Positions 50,190 through 62,879 of a DNA stretch of 64,000 nucleotides are shown one piece after another; position 1 is the stretch's first letter; each line of letters begins with the position of its first letter. The stretch is from the NCBI RefSeq assembly GCF_006345805.1, contig NC_043009.1:25420001-25484000 (forward strand), in the 5' to 3' direction. Below the pieces are notes generated by a model, which was not told the DNA's origin, did not search any database, and saw only the letters and a program-made list of their open reading frames with translations. This DNA is from Octopus sinensis. Its lineage: Eukaryota. A program made the position numbers and the translations under genes.

Positions 50190-51661
50190 AAAAATTATAA
50201 TTATGGTTTCAGGTTTTGGCACCATGCCACATGTTTTCCAAGGAGTGCGTTGACCCCAGTACTTGACTGATATTTTTTTTTTTTTTCGAAAGAATGTGTG
50301 GCAAAGTTGACCTTGGTGAAATTTGAACTCAAGAACGTAAAGACAAAAGAAATGCTGTGAAGCATTTTCAAGATTTAACAGAATCCAGCCTGAAATTTTT
50401 AGGGGAGTGGGGGTAACTTGATTATTCACCCCCTCCCCAGTCATCAACTGATATTTATTTTCTTGACCCTGAATGGTTGGACAGCAAAGTCGACCTCGGA
50501 AGCATTTGGACTCAAAATGTATAACTGGAAGAGACACCACTAAGCATTTCATACAGTGTGCTAAAAGCACCAGTTATGCATTGGGGTTGATGTAATCGAC
50601 TCAATCCCTTTGTTTGGCCCCTTGTGGGAAATAAAGAAATAAATAATAATGGTTTCAAATATTGCCACAAGAACAGCCATTTTTTGATGGGGGGGGGGTG
50701 CTGTATCATTTACATCAACTGGTACTCAGAGTATTGACCCTGAAAGGATAAAAGGCAAAGTTGATCTGGGTGGAATTTGATCTCAGAACGTAAAGGTGGA
50801 CAAAATGCCAAGAAAGCATTTTGTCGGGCATTTTAACAATTCTGTCAGTTTGCCAAGTAATGATAATAATAACAACAACAATAACAATAGTAATGATAAT
50901 GATAATAATAATAATAGTTATAATAATAATGATAATAGTGATAATAATAACAGTAGTAATAATAATAATGATAATAACAATAGTAATTATAATAATAATA
51001 ATAATAATAGTAACAATAATAACAACAGCAATTATAATAGTAATCCTTTCTTCTATAGACACAAGGCCTGAAATCTTAGGGGAGGGTTAAGCCAATTACA
51101 CTGAACCCCAAAATGGGCAAAATGCTTGGCAACATTTTGCCAGCTCAATACATCATGATCGTCATTTAACGTCCCATTGTCTATGCTGGCATGGGTTGGA
51201 TGGTTTGACTGGGCTGGCACGCTGGAAGGCTGCACCAGACTCCTGTCTGATTTGGCATGATTTTTCTATGGCTGGATGCCCTTCCTAATGCCAACCACTC
51301 TGAGAGTGTAATGGGTGCTTTTACATGTCATTTGCCACGACTGCAATTTTGCTCGGTTTCATGGGTCATCATCTTAAGTACAACATAATGCCAAAGGTCT
51401 TGATCATTGCTTCCGTGAGGCCCAACACTCGAAAGGCACAAGGCCTCAAATTGTGTGGTGGTGGTGGGGGGGGGTAGGTGATAGTTGATTGCATTGACCC
51501 CAGTGCGTAACTGGTACTTATTCCATCAGCCCCTCCCCCCTTCCCGAAAGGATAAACAGCGAAGTCAACCTCAGTGGAATTTGAACTTAGAATGTGCAAA
51601 CCGATGAAATTCCACAAAACATTTTCTCCTGGAGTGCTAATGAGTCAGCCAGCTGGTCACC

Positions 51662-51698
<37 letters not shown>

Positions 51699-54600
51699 TA
51701 GTTGCAATTTGTTGCATAATATTGTATTGACAGATGTGGTAATTTAACAACAACAATAGCAGTAGTGTTAGTGGTAGTTGTATTTTGGTTTTATTGTAAA
51801 TTCCTAATTAACACACACACACACAGTTGTTTCAATCAATAAATGTTATTGATACAGATTCTTTCTTGTTTTGTATATTTTTGTTTTGTCTAAATATAGA
51901 TCTGTAGTTTAATTTTATTTTCCTTGGGGCTGGGATTGGAGGTGATAATACAATAGAGTTTTACTGAGTGACTGGTAAATGAAATGTAGCTTTGTTTAGA
52001 GGTTACCAAAGTTTTAATTGTCATCATCATCTTAGAAGCAAGTGTGGTTGTGTGATAAGAAGCTTGCTTCCCACCCACATGGTTCTGGGTTCAGTCCCAC
52101 TTCATGGCACTTTGAGCAAGTGTCTTCCATTGTAGCCTTTCCGATAATCCCCAAACAGGGAGAACCATTACCACTTTGAATAAACTGCTTAGTGGCTTCT
52201 CATCAGGTACTTTACATTCTGAGTTCAAATTCCATTGTGGTTGACTTTGTGGGGGGTGTCAATAAAATAAATTCCAGTCAAGCACTGGGATCAATGTAAC
52301 TGACTTGACCCCTTCCCCCAAATTTCAGATCTTGTGCCTATAATAGAATGGAATTGTTATTATTATCATTATTATTATTCACTAAGATAGTGAGCTGATT
52401 GGATAAAATATTTAGTGGTATTTCCTTTTGCTCTTTATGTTCATAGTTCAAATCCTGCTGAGGTCAACTTTACTTGTCATCCTTTTGGGGTTGATAAAAT
52501 ACAGTACCAGTCAAATACTAGGGTTGATGTAATTGACTAATTCCCACCCTGTCCCTTCAAAATGGCTGGCCTTTTGCCAAAATTTGAGACTGCTGTTATT
52601 ACTACTATTATTATTATTATTAAGGCAGCGAGCTGGCAGAATCGTTAGCATGCTGGGTGAAATGCTTAGCAGTATTTCGTCTGTCTTTACATTCTGAGTT
52701 CAAATTCCGCTGAGGTCAACTTTGCCTTTCATCTTTTCGGGGTCAATTAAATAAGTACCAGTTACATACTGGGGGTTGATGTGATCAACTTAATCCCCTC
52801 CCCCAAGCTGCCCTTGTGCCAAAAACTTGAAATCATTACTGTTATTATTAAGAAGGTAGCGAGCTGGCAGAAGCATTAGCACGCCAGTTGAAATGCTTAG
52901 CGGTATTTTCTCTACCCACAACGTTCTGAGTCCAAATTCCACCAAGGTTGACTTTGACTTTCATCCTTTTGGAGTTAATAAATTAAGGACCAGTTAAGCC
53001 CTGGGATCGATGTAATCGACTTGTACCCTCCCTCAAAATTTCAGGCCTTGTGCCTTTAGTAGAAAGGATTATTATTATTATTATTATTTATTATTATTAA
53101 GGCAGCAAGTTGGCAGAATCATTAGCATGACAGGCAAAATGCTCATCAGTATTTTGTCCATCATCACGTTCTGAGTTCAAATTCCACTGAGGTTGACTTT
53201 GCCTTTGATCCTTGGGGTTGTTGTAATAGGCTTGCCCCATCCCCCAAAATTGCTGGCCTTGTGCCAAAGTTTGAAATCATCTTCGCTATCATCACTGTCA
53301 TCATCATCATCATCATTATTATTATTATTATTATTATTCACCTCAGTTTGTTGTTTGAATGCAATACTAGCCATGAAGACATACAGTGAGCAAACAAGTT
53401 ATGGTTTTAATATTGTTGTACAGATTACACATAGGAGAAACAAGTAGACAGGGCAAAAAAAAAAGAAGAAAAAAAGTAATCAATCAATAAATACATTTAA
53501 GACGTCATCGTCATCACCATTGTTATTATTAGTAATAAATAGTTGTAATGGTGGTAGTAGTAGTAGTAGTAATTTCAGTAAAAATAGTGTATTGGTAATC
53601 AATAAGTGATAATGGTGACTGACTGCCATCGTCAGCTGTAATACCACCACTTCAGTGACTATCAATATATCTCAAGGATCGATACCTCCACCAACACCAC
53701 CACCATCTTTGTTACTACTACAGTGCTGTTACCATACATTGTTCTTACTATCACTTCCACCCACTGCTGCCTCACCACCTGAACCAATGAGGAAAACTTC
53801 TATGTGATTGCTTGACCTGTTGGAAACAACAGCTTGGTTTCCTTTGAATTGCGCTTTAAACTGTCTTGGAAAGAAGAGAAAAAATGAACATGTATTTAAT
53901 GATTTAGGTGTAGAGGTGTGGTCGAGAAGCTTGCTGCCTAAGCATGTTTCTTGGTTCCATGGTTCCAGTCCCACTGTGTTACACCTTGAGCAAGTCTCTT
54001 CTGCGATAGCCTTGGGCCAACCAAAGCCTTGTGAGTGCATTTAGTAGATGGAAAGTGAAAGAAGCCCACCACACACCCACACACATGAGGGGGTACTAAA
54101 AGGTTTCTGGCTTTGGGTAAAAGAAAATACAGGAGGATCAGTTAATTTATTCAACATATTCCCTTCCCTAGATTCACACACTTGTGGCAGTGGTTCTTCA
54201 GTTTTTCTAAGCCCTTTAAAAGAACTTGGAAGGCTGGGTCTCCAACTTAGCCTTTCATGATACCCTTAAGGCCAGAAATTTTTCAGGGCCCCCTCGTACA
54301 TATCTCTGTGTTGTGTTTGTTCCCTACCACTGCTTGACAACTGGCATTGGTTTATGTCCCTGTAACTTAGCAGTTTGGCAAAAGAGACCAATAGAATGAG
54401 AATACCAAGTTTAAAATTAAAGACTAGGGTCAAAAGGTGGACGAGAGTGGCAAGCCTGGTGAGGTTGAATGGCCCTGCTTTGAGTACATTTTTCTAAGTT
54501 GGAAGAAAGAAACTGGAAGAGGTCACCTCAAATGTCTTGGAGACAGATGAATAATCTGGAACTTTTTGTGTGGAGTTTTTCTCTAAATTACCCAAGGTGG

Positions 54601-55800
54601 ACTAATTTGCTATTGAAGATACCATTTATTATTTTTCTGAATTCTATTTTGTTGTTTCTCCTTTGGATCGATGTAAACCCCACCATTTTGTGATGTATTT
54701 CATCCTTTGATGCAATCTTCATTGTCCTGGGCTCTTGTGCCCAATAAAAGAATAAGACAGTGAGCTGGCAGAATCGTTAGCATGGCAGGTGAAATGCTTA
54801 ACGATATTTTGCCTGTTGCTGTGTTCTGAGTTCAAATGTCTGCTGAAGTTGACTTTGCTTTTCATCCTTTCAGGGCCAATTAGTTAGGCACTGGGGTCCA
54901 TGTAATCGACTTAATCCCTTCCCCAAAAATTTGATGCCTTGTGCTTCCAGTAGAAAGATTTGATATTAAGGCAGCGAGCTGGCAGAATCGTTAGCACGCC
55001 AGATGAAATGCTTAGTGGTATTATGCCTGTTGCTGCATTCTGAGTTCAAATTCGTCCTTTTGGGGGTTGATAAATTAAGTACTAGTGAAACACTGGGGTT
55101 GATGTAATAGATCAGTCCCTCCGCCTTAAATTTCAGGCCTTGTGCCTATAGTAGAAAGGACTATTATTATTATTATTATTATGATATATGGTGGCGAGCT
55201 GGTAGAATTGTTAGCATGACAGGCAAAATGCTCAGCGGTATTTTGTCCATCTTCACGTTCTGAGTTCAAATTCCACTGAGGTTGACTTTTCCTTTGATCC
55301 TTTCAGGGTTGATAAAGAGTACCAGTCGAACACTGGGGTTGATGTAATAGGCTGGACAAAATGTTGAGCGGTATTTTGCCTGTTTCTATGTTCTGAGTTC
55401 AAATTCCGCTGAGAGCAACTTTGCTTTTCATCCTTTCCAGCTACATGTTGTGTGTTCAGATTTTACTGAAGTCAGCTTTGTCTTTCATCCTTCTGGGGTC
55501 AATAAGATAAGTAATTACCTCACCTCTGCCCCCAAAATTTCAGGCCTTGTGCCTATAGTAGAAAGGATTGTTGTTGTTAACAAGGCGGCAGCTGGCAGAA
55601 TCGTTAGCACACCGGGCAAAATGCTTAGCAGCATGTCCTCCATCTTTACAATCTGCATTCAAGTTCCACCAAGGTTGACTTTACCTTTCATCCTTTTGGG
55701 GTCTATGAAATAAGTACCAGTTACGCACTGGGGCCAATGCAATCCACTTATCCCGTCTCGTAAAATTTCAGGCCTTGTGCCTTTAGTGGAAAGGATTATC
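50190..55800. mobile_element. Dense cluster of ~16 SINE family B copies, with interspersed family A copies and (AAT)n/(ATT)n tracts
   Basis: Minus copies at ~50200, 50390, 50650, 51040 and 51435. Plus copies starting at ~52175, 52385, 52622, 52852, 53099, 54758, 54968, 55190, 55350, 55455 and 55582. Confidence 0.9.
54085..54298. mobile_element. Mariner-type MITE inserted in the linker of a family A SINE
   Basis: Imperfect TIRs atgagggggtactaaaaggtttctggc ... gccagaaatttttcagggccccctcgta. SINE head at 53915-54070 and tail from 54300. Confidence 0.75.
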
Positions 55801-56164
55801 ATTATTATTAAGCTATTACTACATAGCTAAATTTTCATCTTGCAATTAATTTCAATTAACTAATGAGAACGATGAACAACAAGGATGTAAAATAAGTCAT
55901 GGAAAGATGATTGTACCACAAACTATATAAGGAAGATGTTTATGCAACAGTTTAGTTTAATGGAAAGTTAATAAGAATAGGATATAAAATAAATCCTTGA
56001 TATTATATAGTAAGTACAAAGCTGTCCTGTTTTCAGAAACATGATGACATGCTAATGAATTAATGTTGTTGGCTTTAAACTGGCTAAAATAGGCATTATA
56101 ATTATTTAGTACCATTATAAGTAGACTTCTCTCACTTGGCTTAACACTTGACCACCTTGTTCCT

Positions 56165-56340
56165 CTGTGTCTCACTCCTCTAGCATTGAAACTGGCCAAA
56201 TCTGGCCAAAACATTCTATTTGTTTTATGTTCAAACTACCCAGAGCTGGCCTCTCACATCTACCCACAATATCATTCTAAAAATAAACTCACATCACTGA
56301 AAACTTGAAGCTATGGTTGATTCAGAAAAAAAATTTTGAT
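56165..56340. mobile_element. piggyBac-like MITE family 1 copy in the opposite orientation
   Basis: Reverse complement of the 278-502 sequence (tagcattgaaactggcc...cattctaaaaataaac). Confidence 0.65.
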
Positions 56341-57328
56341 AATAGGTGCAGGAGTGGCTATGTGGTAAGTAGCTTGCTTACCAACCCCATGGTTCCGGGT
56401 TCAGTCCCACTGCATGGCACCTTGGGCAAGTGTCTTCTACTATAGTCTCGGGCCAATCAAAGCCTTGTGAGTGGATTTGGTAGACAGAAACTGAAAGAAA
56501 CCCGTCATATATGTGTGTGTGTGTATTTGGGTGTCGGTGTTTGTCCCCTCCAACATCGCTTGACAACCGATGCTGGTGTGTTTACATCCCTGTAACTTAG
56601 CAGTTCGGCAAAAGACACACCGATAGAATAAGTACTAGGCTTACAAAGAATAAATCCTGGGGTTGGTACTACTTAGAAAGTACCCAATTTGTTCTGTAAA
56701 GTGGTTGATGATAGGAAGGGCTTTTGCTGTATAAACCATGCCAAAACAGACAATGGAGTTTAGTGCTGTCCTCTGACTTGCCAGCTTCTGTTGAACCATT
56801 CCACCCATGCCAGCATAGAAAATGGACATTTAATGATAATACATAGAGTGGGCTTCTTTTACTTTCCTCTCCTAAATCCATTCACAAGTGTTTGGTTGGC
56901 TCTAGGCTGTAGTAGAAGACACTTAGCTAAGGTGCAATGTAGTGAGACTGAATCCAAAACCATATGGATAGGAAACAGACTTCTTAACTAAATAGCTATG
57001 CTTGTACATACATGTATGTATTTGTATATTTATGATAGGCTTCTTTCAGTTTCTATCTACTCAGAAGACCCAAAAGCACATGGAGTTTGGAAGCTGACTT
57101 CTCAACCACATAGCCATGTTTGTCTGTACCATTCTGAATCCCAAATACTGTTGGGAGTCTGTTATAGCTGTAATTTATTATGTAGTTGAATAAATAAGTA
57201 CCAATCATGTACTGGTGTTAGTATCCATCTTCCCCATACATTTGTGGATGTCTGTCTATCACGAATGGGAAAAGAATCTTGTAATGTTTATCACTTCTCT
57301 ATTTTTTTAATTTTTTTATTTTTTCCAG

Positions 57329-57441
57329 TTCTCAAATCTTTTGGGGTCTGTATATCGTCGTGGTAACCTTGCTTTTACTCCTGATGGTGGCTGTGTGATT
57401 AGTCCTGTTGGGAACCGGATCACTGTCTTTGATTTAAAAAA
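57329..57441 (+). CDS. PWP2: PWP2 coding exon 2
   Basis: Long poly-T acceptor ttttccag, donor AA|gtaag, 113 nt. Encodes FSNLLGSVYRRGNLAFTPDGGCVISPVGNRITVFDLK, highly similar to human FSNLLGTVYRRGNLNFTCDGNSVISPVGNRVTVFDLK. No exon 3 was found in the window. Confidence 0.95.
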
Positions 57442-57719
57442 GTAAGTACTTTATCAGTTTTGTTTCTCTCTGTCTCTCTCTTATTTTGGTTGAGTCTCTT
57501 GTCTTGTTGCTCTGAGTTCCACCTGTGTGTACACTAGGTCTTCAAGCAAGTTCACAGCCAAAACTTTCCTGAAGACCCTCTGCAAGATGCTTACCCAACC
57601 AAAATGAAATATTATTAAGTGCTCTACTCACTGTGGTATCAAGTACTCTTTTTTTTTTTTTTTTCCAACAATCAACATGAAATGGGAATATATCTTTGTG
57701 TGTGCGTCTATAAATATAT

Positions 57720-57995
57720 ATCTCGGTATTGACCAAACTATCGGATGTTGTTATTACATCACTGACCACAATGCGCTTTTTTGCATTGTTTTAGCCTTCA
57801 AATGATGCCACCCTGCTAAGCAGGCGAGCAAGCCACCATTCCTCCTGATCGGAGGACTATTCATCTGAGGGTCGCTCATGTATAGGTGAGTGGACGGCAG
57901 CAAGAACACAACACGCTGCCCAGTCTGAGAATTGAACCCACAATCTAGAAATCATGAGTGCAGTATCCTAACCACTAAGCCACTTGCCTTCTCTA
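57720..57995 (-). mobile_element. tRNA-derived SINE of another family
   Basis: Minus-strand head gtggcttagtggttagg...gggttcaattc. Its tail is also seen at 12125-12220. Confidence 0.7.
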
Positions 57996-58093
57996 ACACA
58001 CAGACACACACATGATGGGCTTCTCTATTTTTGGGGATTGAACTTGAAACCACATTGGTGCCAAGTGAATTTCTTAACACACAGCCTGTGCTT

Positions 58094-58130
<37 letters not shown>

Positions 58131-58134
<4 letters not shown>

Positions 58135-58565
58135 ACTGGTGCTCCCCTATATTTCTGCACCCCCCCCCCACCACCATTATAGGTGTCTACTCTTTGAACC
58201 CCCCTCTTCAATACGCTATTTCACCATGCATTACACCTCTCTCGATATCCTACGTTCTACTTGCCTAGAACCTGTCCTCTGAACCACCCCTCCCACTGGT
58301 GCTCCCCTATATTTCTGCACCCCCCCCCCCATAAAAAGCACCATCCGAACGTGGCCGATGCCAGACCCCTCTGGCACCTGTGCAGGTGGCACGTAAAAAA
58401 CACCCACTACACTCGCGGAGTGGTTGGCGTTAGGAAGGGCATCCAGCTGTAGAAACACTGCCAGACTAGACTGGAGCCTGGGGCAGTCCCGAGCTCCCCA
58501 GACCCCGGTCGAAACCGTCCAACCCGTGCTAGCGCGGAAAACGGACGTTAAACGATGATGATGAT
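58131..58565 (+). mobile_element. Young, CpG-rich RTE-tail element (SINE or truncated LINE) inserted in (TA)n
   Basis: Ends cggaaaacggacgttaaacgatgatgatga, (TA)n on both sides, CpGs retained. It contains a 40-nt direct repeat at 58131-58170 and 58291-58331. Confidence 0.8.
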
Positions 58566-61500
58566 ATATATATATATACTTGTGAAAAGGGCAAACATCT
58601 CACAAGTAGTTGTGCAGGCAAAAAGTGTTAGTAAATATGGTTGGAGTGACCTGAAAATTTGCACACCTATGTTAAAAAGGCTGGGGAGTTTGCTCAATTG
58701 AAAGGTGTGGCCTCTTGGGCAAAGTTCCTCATCTTTAAAATGTGGCCCGAGTAGACCCAAATGAAATCGGGTTTATACATATATATATATATACACACAC
58801 ACACACAAACCCACGTATTTACATCCATACATGTGTAATCTTTTTCTTCATTTTCACTCTCTCTCTTCCTCTCTTCCAGCTATGCTTTTCTCTCGCTCTC
58901 TCTTTCTCCCTTCAACAGACGACTGCTTGCTTTGACTTTCTTTGTCATTTTTATTCCCATAATTTAATGCAAGGAACCACGTTTTTACCATTCAGCTAGT
59001 GTAATGGGGATCACCCAACATAAGGTTTTAGTGTGGCATATGTGTGTTTATGTATGTATGTATGTATATATACACACACACACGCACACATATACATGAA
59101 GTGTGTGATTGCACGTGATGTGTGGTGCGAGCGAGTGTATGTAACATACATGAGTTCATGTGATGTGTGTGAATATATATGAGGTATGCTGGGTGTGTGT
59201 GTGTGTGTGTGATATGTGAATGAAATTTGTTCTGGTAGCAGAGTGACTCTAGGCTGGAACAGAGCTGAGTAAACCAGGAAACAGGTAAGATTCTAAATTC
59301 CATGCATTTCTCCATCAGACTATCTTTCAACATAATATCACCAAGCTGGAGTAAATAGTAGCACTTCCTCTTTCTCTCTCTCTCTCTCTCTGTTGTCACT
59401 TCCTCTCACTCTCTCCTTTCTCCCTTTTTCTATCTCTAGCTTCCTATGTCTGTCTGTCTTTCTCTATCTTCCTGACTGTTTGTCTTTCTTTCTCTTGATC
59501 TTCTTGTCTGTTTCTTTCTTTCTTTCTCTCTCTTCCCATCTGTCTGTCTCTCTCATCTCTCACTTTCTTTTTACCTCTCTCTTTTCTCTTTCTTTCTCTA
59601 TCCCCCCCCTCTCACCCACAAAAAATTCCTCCAGATTCTGACACTTATGACTGTCAACAGTTGACAGTTCTGCTGCTACCAACAGCAAGAACTGTGGAGA
59701 GGATCTCTGGATCTGTAACGTGTGTGTGTGTATGCGTGTGCATCTGTTATCTCTATGTGATCTCTATGTGTGTGTGTTTCCATGACCAGAATGACATAAA
59801 TAGTTAAGCTCCGGACTCTGTACCACACTTTTTTTTTCTTCTCACTACCAAAAGAAGGGGAAAATGATATAGAGAGATTTGGCTGTTATTTCTACCATGT
59901 CAAGTGAGCATGTAGAGTTTTCCTCTTTGGTTCCATTCCATGGGGTGGAGTGAAAGAATTTGAAGATTTGATGGTAAAATGTAACCTTTTAACTGTGAAA
60001 TTAAATTTCCTGGTTATTCAATAATAATGTCAAATATCTACAAAAACAAAATGGAATTGGTATTTTCTGTAAGTCCACAAAATCCTCTCTAAACTTGACA
60101 TATCTCAATAGAATATAGTTTCAAACATGATATTCCTCAAGAACAGATAGATTGTTCATCATCATCATCATCATTTAATGTCTGCCTTCCATGCTGGCAT
60201 GGGTTGGATGGTTTGACAGGAGCTGACCAGGCTGGAGCCTGCAACAGACTTCTGTGTCTGTTTTGGCAGGGTTTTTACAGTTAGATGCCCTTCCTAAGTT
60301 CAAATCCTGCCAAGATCCACTTTTTCATCCTTTTGGAGTGGGGTCAATACTATTCTATAGCTGTTGAGCCACAGGACTGCCTTAATAGGACATTTATTTA
60401 TTTATATTTAATCATATATTATTTATATCTTAGGCATGGCTGTGAGGTCAAGAAATTTGCTTTCTAACCCTTTAGTTTCAGGTTCAGCTCCACCGTGTGT
60501 CAACTTGGGCTAGTGACTTCTATAATAGCCCTGGGGCAACTAAACCTTTGTGAAAGGACCTATCAGGGGGAAATTGAAAGAAGCCTGTTGTGTGTGTATA
60601 TATCTCTACGGTTATGTATGAGGACGTATGGCTTAGTGGTTAGGGTATTGCACTCACAATTGCAAGATCATGGTTTCAGTTCCTGTGCCAGGTGGTGCAT
60701 TATGTTCTTGAGCAAAACACTTCATTTTGCTAATACATGTCTCAGCAAGAAATTGCAGAACCGTCTTTCTCTGACTATGAGAGATTACTACCACCACCAC
60801 CATCATCATCTATGTGTGTGTGCCCCTTTTGACGTGATAGCTGTAAACAATCATCATCATCATACAAGCAGTGTCCGTCATTTCTAATCTTCCATTGAGA
60901 CATGTCCTGCCATAGAGGAGTATTTACCTTGCTTAGAATTAGGTAAGAGTTGGCAACAGGAAAAACGTCCAGGCCACAGAAAATCTGCCTCAACGAATTC
61001 CATCTGACCCATGCAAGCATGGCAAAGTGAACATTGAAATGGTGATGATTGATCCCATTATTTTATTGGCTTAGAAGGGGCTGGTCAGTGTAATTGATTA
61101 CCTTCCCTTAAAGTTTCAGGCCTTGTACCTATCTTTTTCTTCTACTCGTTTCAGTCATTAGACTGTGGCCATGTTGAGACACTGTTTTGTGGAACATTTT
61201 GTCGAATGACTTGACCCCAGTACTTTTTTTTTAAGCCCTCTACTTATTCTGGGATACATACATAGACAAATATTTATATCGCTGACATGACCGATGGCAG
61301 TACCGCCTGATTGGCACTTGTGCCAGTGGAACGTTAAAGGCACCATCCAAGTGTGATCATTGCCGCTGATTGGCTCCCATGCCGGTGGCACGTAAAAAAA
61401 CACCATTTTAGTTTGATTGTTGCCAGCGCCACCTTACTGGCACATGAAAAACAATATTCGAGCGTGGTCGTTGTCAGTACTGCCAGACTGGCTCCCGTGC

Positions 61501-62879
61501 AGGTGTCACATAAAAAAAAACACCTTTTGAGCATGGTCGTTGCTAGTACCACCTGACTGGCCCTCGTGCCTATGGCATGTAAAAGCACCCACTACGCCCT
61601 CAGAGTGGTTGACATTAGGAAGGGCATCCACCTGTAGAAACTTTGTCCAGATCAAACTGGAGCTTGGTGCAGCCTTCTGGCTCAGCAGCCCTCAGTCAAA
61701 CCATCCAACCCATGCCAGCATGGAAAGCAGACGTTAAACAACGATGATGATGATTATAGGCTTCTTTCAGTTTCCATCTTCTAAATTCACTCACAAAGCT
61801 TTGGTTGGCCAGAGATTACAGTAGAAGACACTTGCTCAAGGTGCCACACAGTGGGACTGAACCCAGAACCACATGGTTGGGAAGCAAACTTCTTACCACA
61901 TGTTAGAAATAAAATTGTTTCCGTAGTTATAGTTTTATTGCATGCTATCTCTGCATTACAGAGTGGAGCTCTTTAGAGCTTTGGCTATTTGCGCTGTTAA
62001 AAGTACTTCACATAATTTATGTGTGGTACTTAGTCACACTTGTCTCGGTATGTTGTATAAAGTATTAATAGTCGTTAAATACTAGAACATTGCTTGTTAT
62101 ATTAAGTGAAACTTTAGAAGTATGCTTTTGTCACCATGAGTTATATCAGGAAATAAAGCATACAAGCAACAGTTGTGATTTAACTTTTGTCAAATATTTT
62201 GGGACTTATACCCAAATGATGAAACAAATGCTAATTTTCAAAATGTCTTCATTCTTGAAATTAAATTAAACAAAATAAATTTCTCATTTGTATGGTTCCA
62301 ATTTATGTTGTTATTACTTCACTGAGTTTTATCAGCATGGCTTTGTGGTAAGAAGCTTGCTTTCCAACCACATGGTTCCAGGTTCAGTCCCACTCTATGG
62401 TGCCTTGGGCGAGTGTCTTTTACTTTAGTCTTGGGCTGACCAAAGCCTTGTGTTTGTGTGTGTGTGTGTGTGTCTGTCTGTCTCTGTTTGCCCTCGTCCT
62501 CCACGGCTTGGCAACCGTTGCTAGTGTTTATGTTCCTGAAACTTAGCAGGTCAGCAAAAGGGACCGATAGAATAAATACCAAGCTTTAAAAAAGAAATAA
62601 ACACTGGGGTTGATTCTTTCAACTAAAATTTTTTCAAGACGGTGCCCCAGCATGGCCGTAGTCTAATGACTAAAGCAACAAAAAGAAAAAAAGATAACCG
62701 CAGTCTACTCTACTAGAAACCTATCACTGCCAAGTTTCATGAGGAAAATGTGTATTTGTCATAAAGTTATACCTCACTCATCCTGCACCTCTCATGTTAA
62801 CGCTCTCTCTATCTTTTACTCTCTCTTCTCTCTACATTCAGTGTAAAGTATAACTGGAGACATCTATTAACTATTTAGC

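Noticed and set aside
49128-51090. Poly-Thr/Ile/Asn/His/Asp ORFs resembling mucin or low-complexity proteins
   Set aside because: Triplet microsatellites ((AAT)n, (ACC)n, (GTA)n) with no splice-supported exon structure.
52170-55800. Regularly spaced repeats superficially like a CRISPR array
   Set aside because: Units are ~200-bp tRNA-derived SINEs with A/B boxes and ATT tails, there are no unique spacers or cas genes, and the DNA is eukaryotic.
58880-59284. AG/GT-bounded segments as PWP2 exon 3 (acceptors at 58879, 58918 and 59238)
   Set aside because: Phase-2 translations do not resemble the expected NKSxTLP...LSP(D/N)G continuation. Exon 3 is probably beyond the window.
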